Positions 25,749 through 38,072 of a DNA stretch of 64,000 nt are shown here, piece after piece. A program made the position numbers and the translations under genes. Source of the stretch: Octopus sinensis (taxonomy: Eukaryota); contig NC_043010.1 in assembly GCF_006345805.1 (NCBI RefSeq), positions 9,052,001 through 9,116,000 on the forward strand, given 5' to 3'. A model generated the notes under the pieces. That model had not been told where the DNA came from. It did no database searches and saw only the letters and a list, made by a program, of their open reading frames with translations. Each line of letters starts with the position of its first letter. Positions within the stretch are counted from its first letter, which is position 1.

Positions 25749-26512
25749 GGGATCTGAATGCAGAACACAATGGCAGTTTGTCCGATGCTCAAGTAATTCT
25801 ACCATTCTATCACTTGTTTTAACATTTTTGAAATCAAGTTACCTGAAACTGGCCCTGAATCTATGATATGAATTTTCTATTTTAAAGTATTGTAAATAAA
25901 ACCTTCCATCAAAACTTCATGCTCTTTACTCTTTTACTTGTTTCAGTCATTTGACTGCGGCCATGCTGGAGCACTGTCTTCATGTGAATTTATGTTCCTG
26001 AGAAAGGTAGCAAATTGGTAAAATAATTAGCATACCTGAATAGATGCTTGGCAGCATTTCTTCCAGCTGTATTTTCTTAAGTTCAAATTCCCCTGGGGTC
26101 ATCTTTGCCTTTCATGCTTTTGGAGGTGATAAAATAGCTGCCAGTTGAGTACTGGGATCGATGTAGTCAGCTAGTTCTCACCCAACAAAAATTCTAAGCC
26201 TTGTACCTACAGTGAAAAGAATTTATATTCCAAACACAAGATAGATAATGACAAAGTAATATTACTAAATTCTTCATTATTTTCAAAATTAATTTGAACA
26301 AAATTAATGTATTTTAATTGAAATATGGTAGCAAAAACATTAATTGACAACACTTTGTACAATACAGATCATTTAATTTACACTCTATTACAATCTTTAT
26401 ATATTTCTTACATAATCTTTTCATATCAAGTTAGTCTTGTTGTTACTGATTCTACCAATATGTAAAATATTCTAGACTATGAATTGTTGTTATTATTATC
26501 ATTATTATCATT

Positions 26513-26547
<35 letters not shown>

Positions 26548-26775
26548 TTGTAGTAGTAGTTGCTGGTGTTGCTTAGTCCACCACCATGCCTTGATTCCAA
26601 TCATTTTGGCACAAACCAAAATAAATTCAGAACCATTGGAATCAATTAAATACCAAAATGTCTGAGATTATTTGTAAATATTTAAATTCATAATTAATTT
26701 TACTCACTAATAAAGCTCATCCATCCAATATATACCTACAGTAGTGGTATTATTATTATTATTATTATTATTATT

Positions 26776-27381
26776 GAGTGAAAGAGCAGTTCATGCCATC
26801 AAAGTGATACTGGGGGAAAATATACGAAGCCCAATATACCCATCATGACTACCCGTCTGATAAAGGTACACAGGCCACATGCATCACAACCATATGTGCG
26901 CGACATGGTGATCCATATCAGATAAACAGCACATGACCTTGCAGGTGGGGCCCAGTTAGAATTTTCTTCAGGTTGAGTAGCCCATCCCGCTCAAAAGGTC
27001 CCTGAAAAAGGTGCTTAGGAGTTGAACGAAACACCTATGTTTCAGAGGATTGAATTATTCAACTCCAAAGAATCCCTCTCAACACATGGCCATGATGCTC
27101 CCCCACTACTTCTGTCGTGATCAGAGATGCACGTATTGTCAGCCACTAAGGGACATGCTCAACTGGTTAAGGTCAAACAACTGACAAGCAAATCTGTGGT
27201 ATTGAGCAGAATATTTGCTGTAGCCCATCTTTTATACCAAGACAGAACAATGTACATGATACCACTTCCAATCAGTTAAGATCAGAAGCCATGAGAGCCT
27301 CTGCCTGGTACTGCATCAGGGCTATGGTACTGCATCAGGGCTATGGTACTGCATCAGGGCTATGGTACTGCATCAGGGCTA
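26776..27381 (+). mobile_element. Retroelement 3' portion inserted in (TTA)n, ending in 4x 19-bp repeat (Dong/R4-like by target, inferred)
   Basis: Flanked on both sides by (ATT)n; partial homolog at ~12960-13115; terminal tggtactgcatcagggcta x4. Confidence 0.55.
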
Positions 27382-27393
27382 TTATTATTATTA

Positions 27394-27447
<54 letters not shown>

Positions 27448-27657
27448 GGTGGCAAACTGGGAGAATTGTTAGCATGCTGAGCAAGATGCTTAGTGACATT
27501 TTGTCTGCCTGTATGTTCTGAGTTCAAATTCCACCGCGGTCGACTTTGCCTTTCATCCTTTCAGGGTGAATAAAATAACAACCAGTTGAGCACAGGGGTT
27601 GATGTAATCAACTAAGCTCCTCCTCTGAAATTGCTGGCCTTGTGCAAAAATTTGACA
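27448..27657 (+). mobile_element. SINE family B copy
   Basis: ggtggcaaactgg head, gagttcaaattcc, ctttcatcctttcaggg. Confidence 0.82.
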
Positions 27658-27662
27658 CCTAT

Positions 27663-28683
27663 TATTACCTCCACTTTAGCAAAGGCAGAGGTATTGCTTT
27701 CAGTTGTGTTTGTTTGTTTTTGTTTGTCTGTCCGTGGACAAGATATCTCAAGAACCGCTAGATGGATTCAGATGAAACTTTCAGAGATGTTTGGCCTCAT
27801 GTCTGGCATGAACTGATTAGATTTTGGGGTCAATCTGGCACTGGACAAGGATTCTGATTATTTGTTACATTTACTTTACATACTCTTTACTCTTTTACTC
27901 TTTTACTTGTTTCAGTCATTTGACTGCAGCCATGCTGGAGCACCGCCTTTAGTCGAGCAAATCGACCCCGGAACTTATTCTTTGTAAGCCCAGTACTTAT
28001 TCTATCGGTCTCTTTTGCCGAACCGCTACGTGACGGGGACGTAAACACACCAGCATCGGTTGTCAGGCAATGCTAGGGGGACAAACACAGACACACAAAC
28101 ACACACACACACATATATATATATACATATATACGACAGGCTTCTTTCAGTTTCCATCTACCAAATCCACTCACAAGGCACTGGTCGACCCGGGGCTATA
28201 GCAGAAGACACTTGCCCAAGATGCCACGCAGTGGGACTGAACCCGGAACCATAAGGTTGGTTAGCAAGCTACTTACCACACACCCACTCCTGCGCCTGAT
28301 TACGATCTTACATCAACTTTCAAGTTTTTCTCAATTATGTCCCTTTAGGTTGTTAACTACTTTGAATGGTGAATTTGCTAACCTTGGCTTGTATTAGATA
28401 AGGATAAACTATTTATTATAGTCACTAAATTTTCAACAGTCACCTTCACATTCCATGACTACCATTGGGATCAATCAGGTACCAGACAAGGATTCTAGAT
28501 TATTTTTCCATTTATTTTACTTAATTTTTGAGAGCAGTCGGGTTCACTTTTAGTAATCTCGTTCGTGAGAGCTATTGAGTTTGTTTCAGATATTCTTATT
28601 TTAAAAAATCATCTCTGGCTAATTGTTGAGAAGGCTTCGGTGTTGCCTTGGTAGAGGTTGGTGCTCTACTGAGTGCTTTTGTT
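27663..28683 (+). mobile_element. Helentron-associated HINE/DINE-1-like element, interrupted by later insertions
   Basis: 5' tattacctcc...gaggtattg, (gttt/gtct) microsatellite, 3' gccttggtagaggt plus small hairpin gtgctctactgagtgc; the ggatcaatc..gacaaggattc segment occurs twice. Confidence 0.65.
27882..28296 (-). mobile_element. SINE family A copy
   Basis: Full length, ends ...cactcctgcgcc. Confidence 0.92.
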
Positions 28684-28919
28684 GCTATTACAATCATTAT
28701 TTCCGTTAGCATCTTCTTTTAATTCTGTTTCCATTTCTTGCCGAGTCTCTTCCTGACACCTAGGGCAGAGAAACATACTGTATATATTGGTAGGCCATTA
28801 AAACAAACACACCAGATTGTTCATTTACAGAGTCATGTGACAGAGAAAATGGGGTTAATATTATTATTATTATTATTATTATCATCATCATCATCATCAT
28901 CATTGTTATTATTATCATT

Positions 28920-29003
<84 letters not shown>

Positions 29004-29339
29004 GGTAGTAGTAGTAGTAGTAGTTGCCGTTGTTGCTTAGTCCCCCACCATGCCTAATATCAGTCTTGGCTGATCAGAATTATGATCAAGGGCGTTCCAA
29101 CCATAACCACCTCATCCTTCTTAGGCACAGTCTGTTAAGACCACAGAGTCCAATGTGATGTGTTCTTCCTTTTGTTAGATAGTGAAGTCTCATTTGAGTG
29201 AAATTTGACTGCTTTTTCTAGCAAGTAAAGTATCCACATTGAAGTTTCTTCATTCACTTATACATTATACTTCCATTGCTTTCATCTTTGATCATCAACA
29301 AATGTTTTACTCTTAGAAATACATGGCTGTCAGGCTAAA

Positions 29340-29480
29340 ACCTTTGCTTCCCAGTTACATGGAATTTGGGTCTAGTCCCATTGTGTGGATTCTTCTGCAA
29401 CTGTCTTCTACTATAGTTACATGCTGACCAAAGTCTTTTGACTAGATTTGGTAGAAAGAAACTGAAAAAGTTTGTCGTAC

Positions 29481-29517
<37 letters not shown>

Positions 29518-29800
29518 AGTATGTTTGTGTTTCCTTGTCTTGACATGGCATCGTAGTTGTGAATGATTATCTATCATACAAGCAATCTCATTCATTTCCA
29601 AACTTCCACAAAAATATGTCTGGCCACGGAGAAATATTACTCTCCTTGGAAACAGATGAAGGTTGGTGACAGGAAGGGCGTCTGACCTTGGAAAAATCTG
29701 CCTCAATCAATTCTGTCCATTCAATGTGAGCAGGGGAAAGCGGATGTTAAAATAAGGATGATGACAATGAGAAAGATGATGATGATGATGATGACGATGA
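29340..29800 (+). mobile_element. Old SINE with family A-like 5' half and RTE-type 3' tail
   Basis: gtggatt..ggtagaaagaaactgaaa, then ggtgacaggaagggcgtc...cggatgttaaaat(gat)n. Confidence 0.65.
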
Positions 29801-29831
29801 GGATGATGGTAATAATGGTTCCATATAATTA

Positions 29832-30057
29832 ATACCTCAATCGAAGGAGAGGAGCTTTCTCCGTCTGGGTTGCAGATCCGTGGAACAAGCTGCCAGACGA
29901 GTTGGTGAAGATGCCGACGACCGCTTTGTTCAAAGCCTCCCTTGACCTCAAGTGGCCTGAACTCTTTACATGAACACCACCCTGTACTTAACTCCATGTC
30001 CCCCTACATGGCCTTGCTATTTGCTTTTGAGCCAAATTAACTAACTAACTAACTAAC
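29832..30057 (+). mobile_element. CR1-clade LINE 3' fragment with (CTAA)n tail
   Basis: NRRRGAFSVWVADPWNKLPDELVKMPTTALFKASLD matches the CR1 FSxRVxxxWNxLP motif. Confidence 0.8.
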
Positions 30058-30619
30058 ATATCAGTACATATTCTGAAATAAGATATCTTATAATGATCAC
30101 TGATCAAATTAATTAAAATATAACATACACATAATTATATTGATAGTATTAAAGGGTTAAAAAAATGAAAATATCTGAGTGGCAGTCGTGATAAACTAGC
30201 TCTTATAACCAAGACGATATTCCAAACAATCTATTGCAGTATATGACATTCCAGAAGTGGTCCTTAATCAACCTGAAGCATGAGGGAGTCCATTGAATAT
30301 TCATTCAGTTATATTCATTTTTAAGTCTTCTCAACTGGAAATGGCATGACAAGAGATATTGAACAACATTCCAAAAATTATTTGAACAGTTTAAGCAATA
30401 TGTTAAAACAAACTTTATGACATAGGACCTTGCAAGACTAATCTTCAATTCTGTTTGTATCAACAATATCAGTGTGCAATGAAGAAGAGAGTAAAAGTGC
30501 AGAGCTAGTGATGTGTTATGTTACAAATCTAATATTTGATATTTCATAGTTCTAATCAGTTCTGTTGGCTTAGAAGCAGCTAAGTAAATGATCAAAAGTA
30601 ATTCATATGTCTTGTTTAA

Positions 30620-30839
30620 CTCTTTCGTTACTGCATTTATTTTGAGATGCTCTGTGTTTCTTTCAATTACTTTAAATATAACAAAGAATTTAGTAAAATA
30701 ACTTAGTTATCATTCAGCTAGTGTTAGGAACATAAATTGTGACTAAAGTTTGGTGGAAGATTTTAATTCAAAACTTTTGAAAACAGGACATTTGTACTCA
30801 GAACCAGAACCAGTTTCAGCCGGGTTGATAACAAAAGAG
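30620..30839. mobile_element. piggyBac-type MITE
   Basis: TTAA|ctctttcgtta...taacaaaagag|TTAA. Confidence 0.8.
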
Positions 30840-30953
30840 TTAAGGATATATTTTAGTTTGTTCTGATTTGGTGCTGAAAGTACCATTATGTGGCAGGTAT
30901 ATTTGATGTGTCTTTCCATCCTACCTGTAAGCTGTCATTACTATTAAGCTGAA

Positions 30954-31405
30954 AGGTGGTGAGCTGGCATAATTGTTAGCATGCCAAACAAAATGCTTTT
31001 TAGCATTTCATCTATCTTTATGTTCTAAGTTCAAATTCTACTGAGGTTGACTTTTCTTTCAACCTTTCAAAATCAGTGAAATAAGTACCTATTTCTCTAC
31101 TACCCACAAGGGGCTAAACACAGAGGGGACAAACAAGGACAAACAAACGGATTAAGTCGATTGCATCGACCCCAGTGCATAACTGGTCCTAAATTTATCG
31201 ACCCCGAAAGGATGAAAGGCAAAGTCGACCTCGATGGAATTTGAACTCACAACGTAACGGCAGACGAAATACAGCTACGCATTTCGCCCGGCGTGCTAAC
31301 GTTTCTGCCAGCTCGCTGCCTTATCAGTGAAATAAGTACCAGTCACATACTGGTGTCAATGTTACTGACTAGTCATCTCCCACAATGTTTCAGGCCTTGT
31401 GCCTA
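30954..31405 (+). mobile_element. Family B SINE with an antisense family B SINE nested inside (31090-31322)
   Basis: TSD atcagtgaaataagtacc at 31072-31089 and 31323-31340. Confidence 0.85.
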
Positions 31406-31409
31406 TATT

Positions 31410-31736
31410 GGCGCTCTGTCAATTACGATGACAAGGGTTCCAGTTTATCCAATCAATAGAACAGCCTACTCATGAAATTAATGGGATAGTGGCTGACTAC
31501 TCCACAGACACGTACACCCTTAATGTAATTCTCAGGGAGATTCAGCATGACTCAGAACATGACGAGGCTGGCCTTTTGAAATACAGGTACTATTCATTTT
31601 TGCCAGCTGAGAGGACTGGAGCAATGTGAAATAAAGTGTCTTGCTCAAGGACACAACAAACACATTGCCAGGAATTGAACTCACAACCTTACAATTGTAA
31701 GCCAAATATCCTAACCACTAAGCCATGAACCTTCAC
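31410..31736 (-). mobile_element. Mosaic SINE: family D-type head/core with family E-type tail
   Basis: cagctgag..gactggagcaatgtgaaataaagtgtcttgctcaag shared with 47787-48125; ccacagacacgt..cccttaa and aagggttccagtttatcc shared with 17571-17949. Confidence 0.78.
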
Positions 31737-31965
31737 TATAGTGCCTATAGTAGAAAGATTACTACTGTTTGGCCAAAATCAACCGTGATCATTCCACGTT
31801 TTTGTATATTATTTCTATACCATTGCTCTCGGTCACTCTCACCTTCTCTTCTAATATATGTATTTCTTTACTTTCTCTTCTAATATATGAGTAGTCATGA
31901 CAGCTCCTCTACAGCAAGAAACCTGAACTACTCTAGCACCTTCTCTCAACTTTTACCCTCTTTTT

Positions 31966-32360
31966 CATCATCATTGTTCGACCGTGGTCGAGACAATGGA
32001 ATTTACCATGCTACGCCAGACTTCACGGTCCATCATGGCATTACGGAGGTCCTGTTGCTGGATGCCTGTATCCCTGGAGATTACATCAGGGTAGGAGAGT
32101 GTGCGCCCTCTGGTATTGCGAGTAGATGGCTTCCAGAGGAGAAGAGTAGAAATTACTTCTTTTTCAGCTCTACAACAATGTCCAGCAAACTGGACTCTCC
32201 CACCTTTCACAAGAGATGACACAGGTGGTAGTTTCCCATATATTTGCATTTTGGTTGGATGGCGTTTCCACGAGAGATTTTGAGCTCTCATAAGGAGGCG
32301 AGTGTAGGTTCCATCCAACCGCCTCTCAAGCTTGAACCAATTCTACTATATGGCTCAGAA
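31966..32360 (-). mobile_element. 5'-truncated RTE-clade LINE with short 5' inversion and 11-bp TSD
   Basis: ORF 31971-32318 homologous to 15790-16281; TSD accctcttttt at 31955-31965 and 32361-32371. Confidence 0.9.
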
Positions 32361-32549
32361 ACCCTCTTTTTACTCCTCATCCCCGAGCATAAAATTCTAC
32401 CCCCTCAGAGTTCATAGTCTTACAAATTATATGACAGCCTCACTGGTGATGGTAAAATGAAAAAATAAAAGCTCCCAGTACACAGCAACCAGATGTAGAA
32501 ACCATGTCCAGACATTTGTACATACCAGCATGGAATATGGATGTTAAAT

Positions 32550-32950
32550 AATGATGAAATTATTAACCATCGCACAAACAATAACTCTGAGCACCTTTTC
32601 AAACTCCACCCGTCTAACACCCGTGGACATATTTACAAAGTCAGAAAACAGCACAGCTCCCATGACTTTAGGAAACATTTTTTCACGCTCAGAGTTGCTG
32701 AAGCATGGAACAGACTGCCGGCATCAGTTGTTAGTTGTCGGAGCACTGCATTCTTCAAAACTTCCATGCTTTCTGAGATTCGCCAACACTACACCTGATT
32801 GTCTCCCCTCCATACACACACAAGCATGTACCTGACTCATACACTGTTCACTTCCCAGACATTTGTACATTACTGCATATACTTTATATGCACTTTTGAC
32901 AAGTTGTGGTGCACCTGAGCACTGTATACAATAATTTCATTATTATTATG
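32550..32950 (+). mobile_element. CR1-clade LINE 3' fragment with 3' UTR and (ATT)n tail
   Basis: NTRGHIYKV...RKHFFTLRVAEAWNRLP is the canonical CR1 C-terminal motif. Confidence 0.88.
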
Positions 32951-33325
32951 ATGAGGATGATGATGAGCAACTCATTTCACTTTTCAAAATTATAAAATGT
33001 ACTCTGAAAGAGACTTGGCTGTTATTTCTGTCACATCAAGCAACCAGGTAGGGAATCCCTTATTTGCATCTGTTTAAAAGTTCTGCCATTACTTTTGTGA
33101 TAAGTTACATGTTGGCCTTGACGAAGCAGACATATGATCAATGTTTTGTATATTCTGGACCGCTTTACTGAATTTTTTAATGCTGGTAGGATGTTACACG
33201 AGAGGAATTTAGCTGCTATTTCTTGCAGACTAAGCCACTAGAGAAAAGCTTCAACAGTAGTGTTAGGTAAATTTTGTTAGTGCAATTTGGTTAGTGTATT
33301 ATCATCTGTATTATGATGGTAATCC

Positions 33326-33568
33326 ACGAAAGAGTGCTGAAAAAGTTCCTGGTTTTGGATAAAAAGAAATACAAGAGTATCAGGTTTATTATGATTTTAT
33401 TCACCATTGGCTGTGTGGTAAGTAGCTTGCTTACCAACCACATGGTTCTGGGTTCAGTCCCACTGTGTGGCATCTTGGGCAAGTGTCTTCTGCTATAGCC
33501 CCGGGCCGACCAATGCCTTGTGAGTGGATTTGGTAGACGGAAACTGAAAGAAGCCTGTCGTATATATG

Positions 33569-33605
<37 letters not shown>

Positions 33606-33958
33606 TTGTGTGTCTGTGTTTGTCCCCCTAGCATTGCTTGACAACCGATGCTGGTGTGTTTACGTCCCCGTCACTTAGCAGTTCGGCAAAAGAGACCGAT
33701 AGAATAAGTACTGGGCTTACAAAGAATAAGTCCCGGGGTCGATTTGCTCGACTAAAGGCGGTGCTCCAGCATGGCCGCAGTAAAATGACTGAAACAAGTA
33801 AAAGAGTAAAGAGAGTATATTCTCCTCTTAGATTCACACACTTATTGCAGCAATCCTTCAGTTTTTCTAAGTCCTGTAAAAGAACTCGGAAGGGTGGGCC
33901 TCTAACCAGGCCTTTCATGACACCCTTAAAACCAGGAACTTTTCAATACACTCTCATA
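33326..33958 (-). mobile_element. Mariner-derived non-autonomous element split by a SINE
   Basis: TIR-like ends gagtgctgaaaaagttcctggtttt / aaaaccaggaacttttcaatacactc; minus strand LEKLKDCCNKCVNLRGEY resembles the mariner C-terminal KCxxxxGxY. Confidence 0.75.
33408..33816 (+). mobile_element. SINE family A copy
   Basis: Near full-length match to 50754-51166. Confidence 0.92.
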
Positions 33959-34038
33959 TACATAATATACAGATAAGTTATGCCTAGCGTGACATTTGAT
34001 GCTATAGTTACTTTCGTGTGATAGTATATTGCAGGTAT

Positions 34039-34459
34039 ACTCTTTACTCTTTTACTCTTTTACTTGTTTCAGTCATTTGACTGCGGCCATGCTGGAGCAC
34101 CGCCTTTAGTCGAGCAAATCGACCCCGGGACTTATTCTTTGTAAGCCCAGTACTTATTCTATCGGTCTCTTTTGCCGAACCGCTAAGTTACGGGAACGTA
34201 AACACATTAGCATTGGTTGTCAAGCAATGCTAGAGGGACAAACACAGACACACAAACACATACACACACACACACATATATATATATACATATATACGAC
34301 AGGCTTCTTTCAGTTTCCATCTACCAAATCCACTCACAAGGCATTGGTCGGCCCGGGGCTATAGCAGAAGACACTTGCCCAAGATGCCACGCAGTGGGAC
34401 TGAACCCGGAACCATGTGGTTGGTTAGCAAGCTACTTACCACACAGCCACTCCTGCGCC
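34039..34459 (-). mobile_element. SINE family A copy
   Basis: Full-length reverse copy. Confidence 0.92.
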
Positions 34460-34744
34460 GTATATATATGTATGTGAGTGATGTGTGTGCATGTATACCT
34501 TATGTGTGTGTTATGTGTGTGTATGTGTATGATATGTTTTCCTGGATCAGATCTCTTATATGTTCTCTGTCCTCACTTGTCTCTCTCTGTCATTATTCTT
34601 CTGCTTATTCTTATTTTTCTTTCTTTTTTTTTTTTTTGGTTATCTGTCTTCTGTGTTGCTTCTTCTCTTTCCTCATCATCTTGTGTCTTTTATTTATTTA
34701 TTTATTATTTTTTTTTTTGAAAAATGATATTTTTGCTTTCATGC

Positions 34745-35495
34745 AAAAGTATAGGAAAAGCAAATGACAAAGGAAAAAAAAATATAAAGAAAAATAAATA
34801 AACAAAGCTATAAAAAGATGTAAAAAAGAAAAATAGAAAAATAAGAGATGAAGGGAAAAATAAAAATATAAAAGGAATGTGAACACTAAAAAAAGAAAAT
34901 GGAAAAGAGAAGTTGAAAATAAAAATTAAAATGAAGAAAACAGATACACACGAACGAAATAAAAATAATGCAATAAAATTTAAAATATAGAAATGAAGAC
35001 GAAAGAATCCAGGAGACAAATGATAGAGAAGAGAAGATGAAAAGAAAGAAGGATGGAAGTAGGAAGAGAGTCTGGAGAAGGAAAGAAGAAAGGAGACAAA
35101 AGACAGAAGAAAGAAGATAGAGAGAGAGAGAGAAAAGATGATTCAGAAAATAGGAAAGAAAATATGAGAGATAGAAGAGAGTAAATAAAGAGAAGAGGGA
35201 TTGCAGAAGACAGAAAATAATGTGGAAGACAGGAAGACAGAAGAGAAGAGATAGAAGGTGAGAGAGGAGAAAAGGCAGGGAAATGAAGGGAGATGAGTAA
35301 AATTCCAATAGGAGGAAAGAGAAAAAGCTAAGAAGGCTAACAAGATAGAGAGAAGACAGCAGCAGATAGAAGGAAGAAAAAAACTGCAAGTTGAAGAGTG
35401 AAAACAGAAGAGAGAAAATAGGAAAAAAGGAACGATGAAGAAAGGAAGGAAAAGTAGAGAAGAAAAGAGAAGTTGAATATGAGAAGAAATTAGAA
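34745..35495. repeat. Purine-rich (A/G) low-complexity tract
   Basis: ~750 nt almost devoid of C, dominated by A/G. Confidence 0.9.
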
Positions 35496-35523
35496 GAATA
35501 ATGATAATAATAATAATAATAAC

Positions 35524-35595
<72 letters not shown>

Positions 35596-35602
35596 AATAA
35601 TA

Positions 35603-35654
<52 letters not shown>

Positions 35655-35656
35655 TA

Positions 35657-35699
<43 letters not shown>

Positions 35700-35758
35700 T
35701 AATAATGATAATGAAAATAATAATAATAATAATAATAATGATAATAATAATAATGATA

Positions 35759-35822
<64 letters not shown>

Positions 35823-35824
35823 TA

Positions 35825-35870
<46 letters not shown>

Positions 35871-35872
35871 TA

Positions 35873-35918
<46 letters not shown>

Positions 35919-35959
35919 TAATAATGATAATGATAATAATAATAATAATGATAATAATG

Positions 35960-36047
<88 letters not shown>

Positions 36048-36133
36048 TAATATTAATAATAATAATAATAATAGTAATAGTAATAGTAATAATAATAATA
36101 ATAATAATAATATAATAATAATAATAATAATAA
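35496..36133. repeat. ~640-bp (AAT)n microsatellite with GAT interruptions
   Basis: Direct reading; produces poly-Ile pseudo-ORFs. Confidence 0.98.
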
Positions 36134-36304
36134 TCCATTCTAATTTTTTGGCACATGGCCAGCAATTTCAAGGTGTGGGATTCACTCATCCTTTGGTGTG
36201 GTTGAACAACCAATACCAACCAGTCGAGATTCACAGTAAGAATTGAACCATTCACCCTTTCAGTTACTGAATTCAAAATGTGGCTCTGTGATATCACTAT
36301 TCAG

Positions 36305-37020
36305 AGAGGGGTAAGTTAGTTACATTGATCCCAATATTCTACTGGTACTTGTTTTATCAACTCTCTAGTGAGGAACGGCCTCATTGAACTTATTACAAAA
36401 AGAACTGAAGTAAATGCTACTAAGCATTTTGACCAACATGCTAATGGTTTTGCCAGCTTGCTGCCTTGATAATTCTTTCTAATTTTTGGTATAAGTCCAA
36501 AAATTTTGAGGGGAGGGTAAGTTGAATACATCAGAATCCATGCTCAACTGGTAGTTATTTTAAAGATTCCAAAAGGATGAAACAGAAAGTCAACCTTAAG
36601 TCAGAAGAAATGTTTGTAGGCATTTTGTCTGATGTGCTAATGGTTCTGCCAGCTCACTGCCTTAATAACAATCTTCTCTACTATAGTCACAAGAGGAAAG
36701 GGGCTAGTTGGATACATCGACCCCAGTGTTCAACTGGTAGTTATTTTATTGACCCCAAAAGGATGAAAGGTAAAGTCGACCATGGCAGAATTTGTTGGGC
36801 AATATTCTATTTTACTCTAGGCATAAGGCCCAAAATTTGGGGGGAGGGGATCAATTGATTAGATCGACCCCAGTACATAACTGGTACTCAATTTATCGAC
36901 TCTGAAAATATGAAAAGCAATGTCAACCTCAGCAGAATTTGAACTTGAAATGTACAGACAGACAAAATACCACTAAGCATTTCGCCCAGTATGCTAACAT
37001 CTCTGCCAGTTTGCCAGATT
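36305..37020 (-). mobile_element. Cluster of ~4 head-to-tail family B SINE copies or fragments
   Basis: Repeated actggta.tt.ttt.atcga..cc.aaaggatgaaa and gctaa..gtt.tgccagct motifs. Confidence 0.75.
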
Positions 37021-37375
37021 AAATTGTTGGACAATATTGTAGACATGAACGTGTGGTTAACAAATTACTGTCCTAACCATGTAGTTTTGGGTTCAATCTC
37101 ATTGAATGGCATTTTAGATAAGTGTCTTCTACTTTAGCTCAGCATTGAGTAAACCAGTCTTGGAAGTGGATTTTGGTAGATGCGTGTTTGCATGTGTGTG
37201 TGTGCATGCTTGTGCATGCATGTGTGTGTGTGTGTGTGTGCGTGTGCACGTGAATGTGTGTCTGTCTGTCTCTCTATATGCTTCTGCAAGTTTCATTTGC
37301 AAATAGGAAGCAATAACTTCACAAATAGTGCTGTTTGCTGGCAGAGTACTGTGGAAGTATATCCAGGCTTCTGTT

Positions 37376-38072
37376 ATACTCTTTTACTTGTTTCAGTCAT
37401 TTGACTGCAGCCATGCTGGAGCACCACCTTTAGTCGAGCATATCGACCCCAGGATTTATTCTTTGTGAGCCTAATACTTATTCTATCGGTCTCTTTTGCC
37501 CAAACCACTAACTTACGGGGACGTAAACACACCAGCATCAGTTGTCAAGAGATGTTAGGGGGACAAACACAGACACACAAACATATACACACACATACAT
37601 ATATATATCCGGTGGCATGTAAAAAGCACCATCTGATGGTGGCCGTTACCAGCCCCGCCTGGCCCCCATGCCGGTGGCACGTAAAAAGCACCATCCCATC
37701 ATGGCCGTTTGCCAGCCTCGTCTGGCACCTGTGCTGGTGGCACGTAAAAAGCACCCACTACATTCACAGAGTGGTTGGCGTTAGGAAGGGCATCCAGCTG
37801 TAGAAACACTGCCTGATCAGACTGGGCCTGGTGCAGCTTTCTGTCTTCCCAGACCCCAGTTGAACCGTCCAACCCATGCTAGCATGGAAAGTGGACGCTA
37901 AACGATGATGATATATTCGCCGGGCTTCTTTCAGTTTCCGTCTACCAAATTCACTCTTAAGGATTTGGTCGGCCCAAGACTATAGTAGAAGACACTTGCC
38001 CAAAGTGCAACCCAGTGGGACTGAACCTGGGACCATGTGGTTGGTAAGTAAGCTACTTACCACACAGCCACT
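37376..38072 (-). mobile_element. SINE family A with family C RTE tail (37608-37911, +) nested in its internal microsatellite
   Basis: Family A tail 37376-37607 resumes at 37915 after the RTE tail. Confidence 0.85.

Noticed and set aside
35143-36297. 384-aa and 204-aa poly-Ile ORFs
   Set aside because: Translations of an (AAT)n microsatellite
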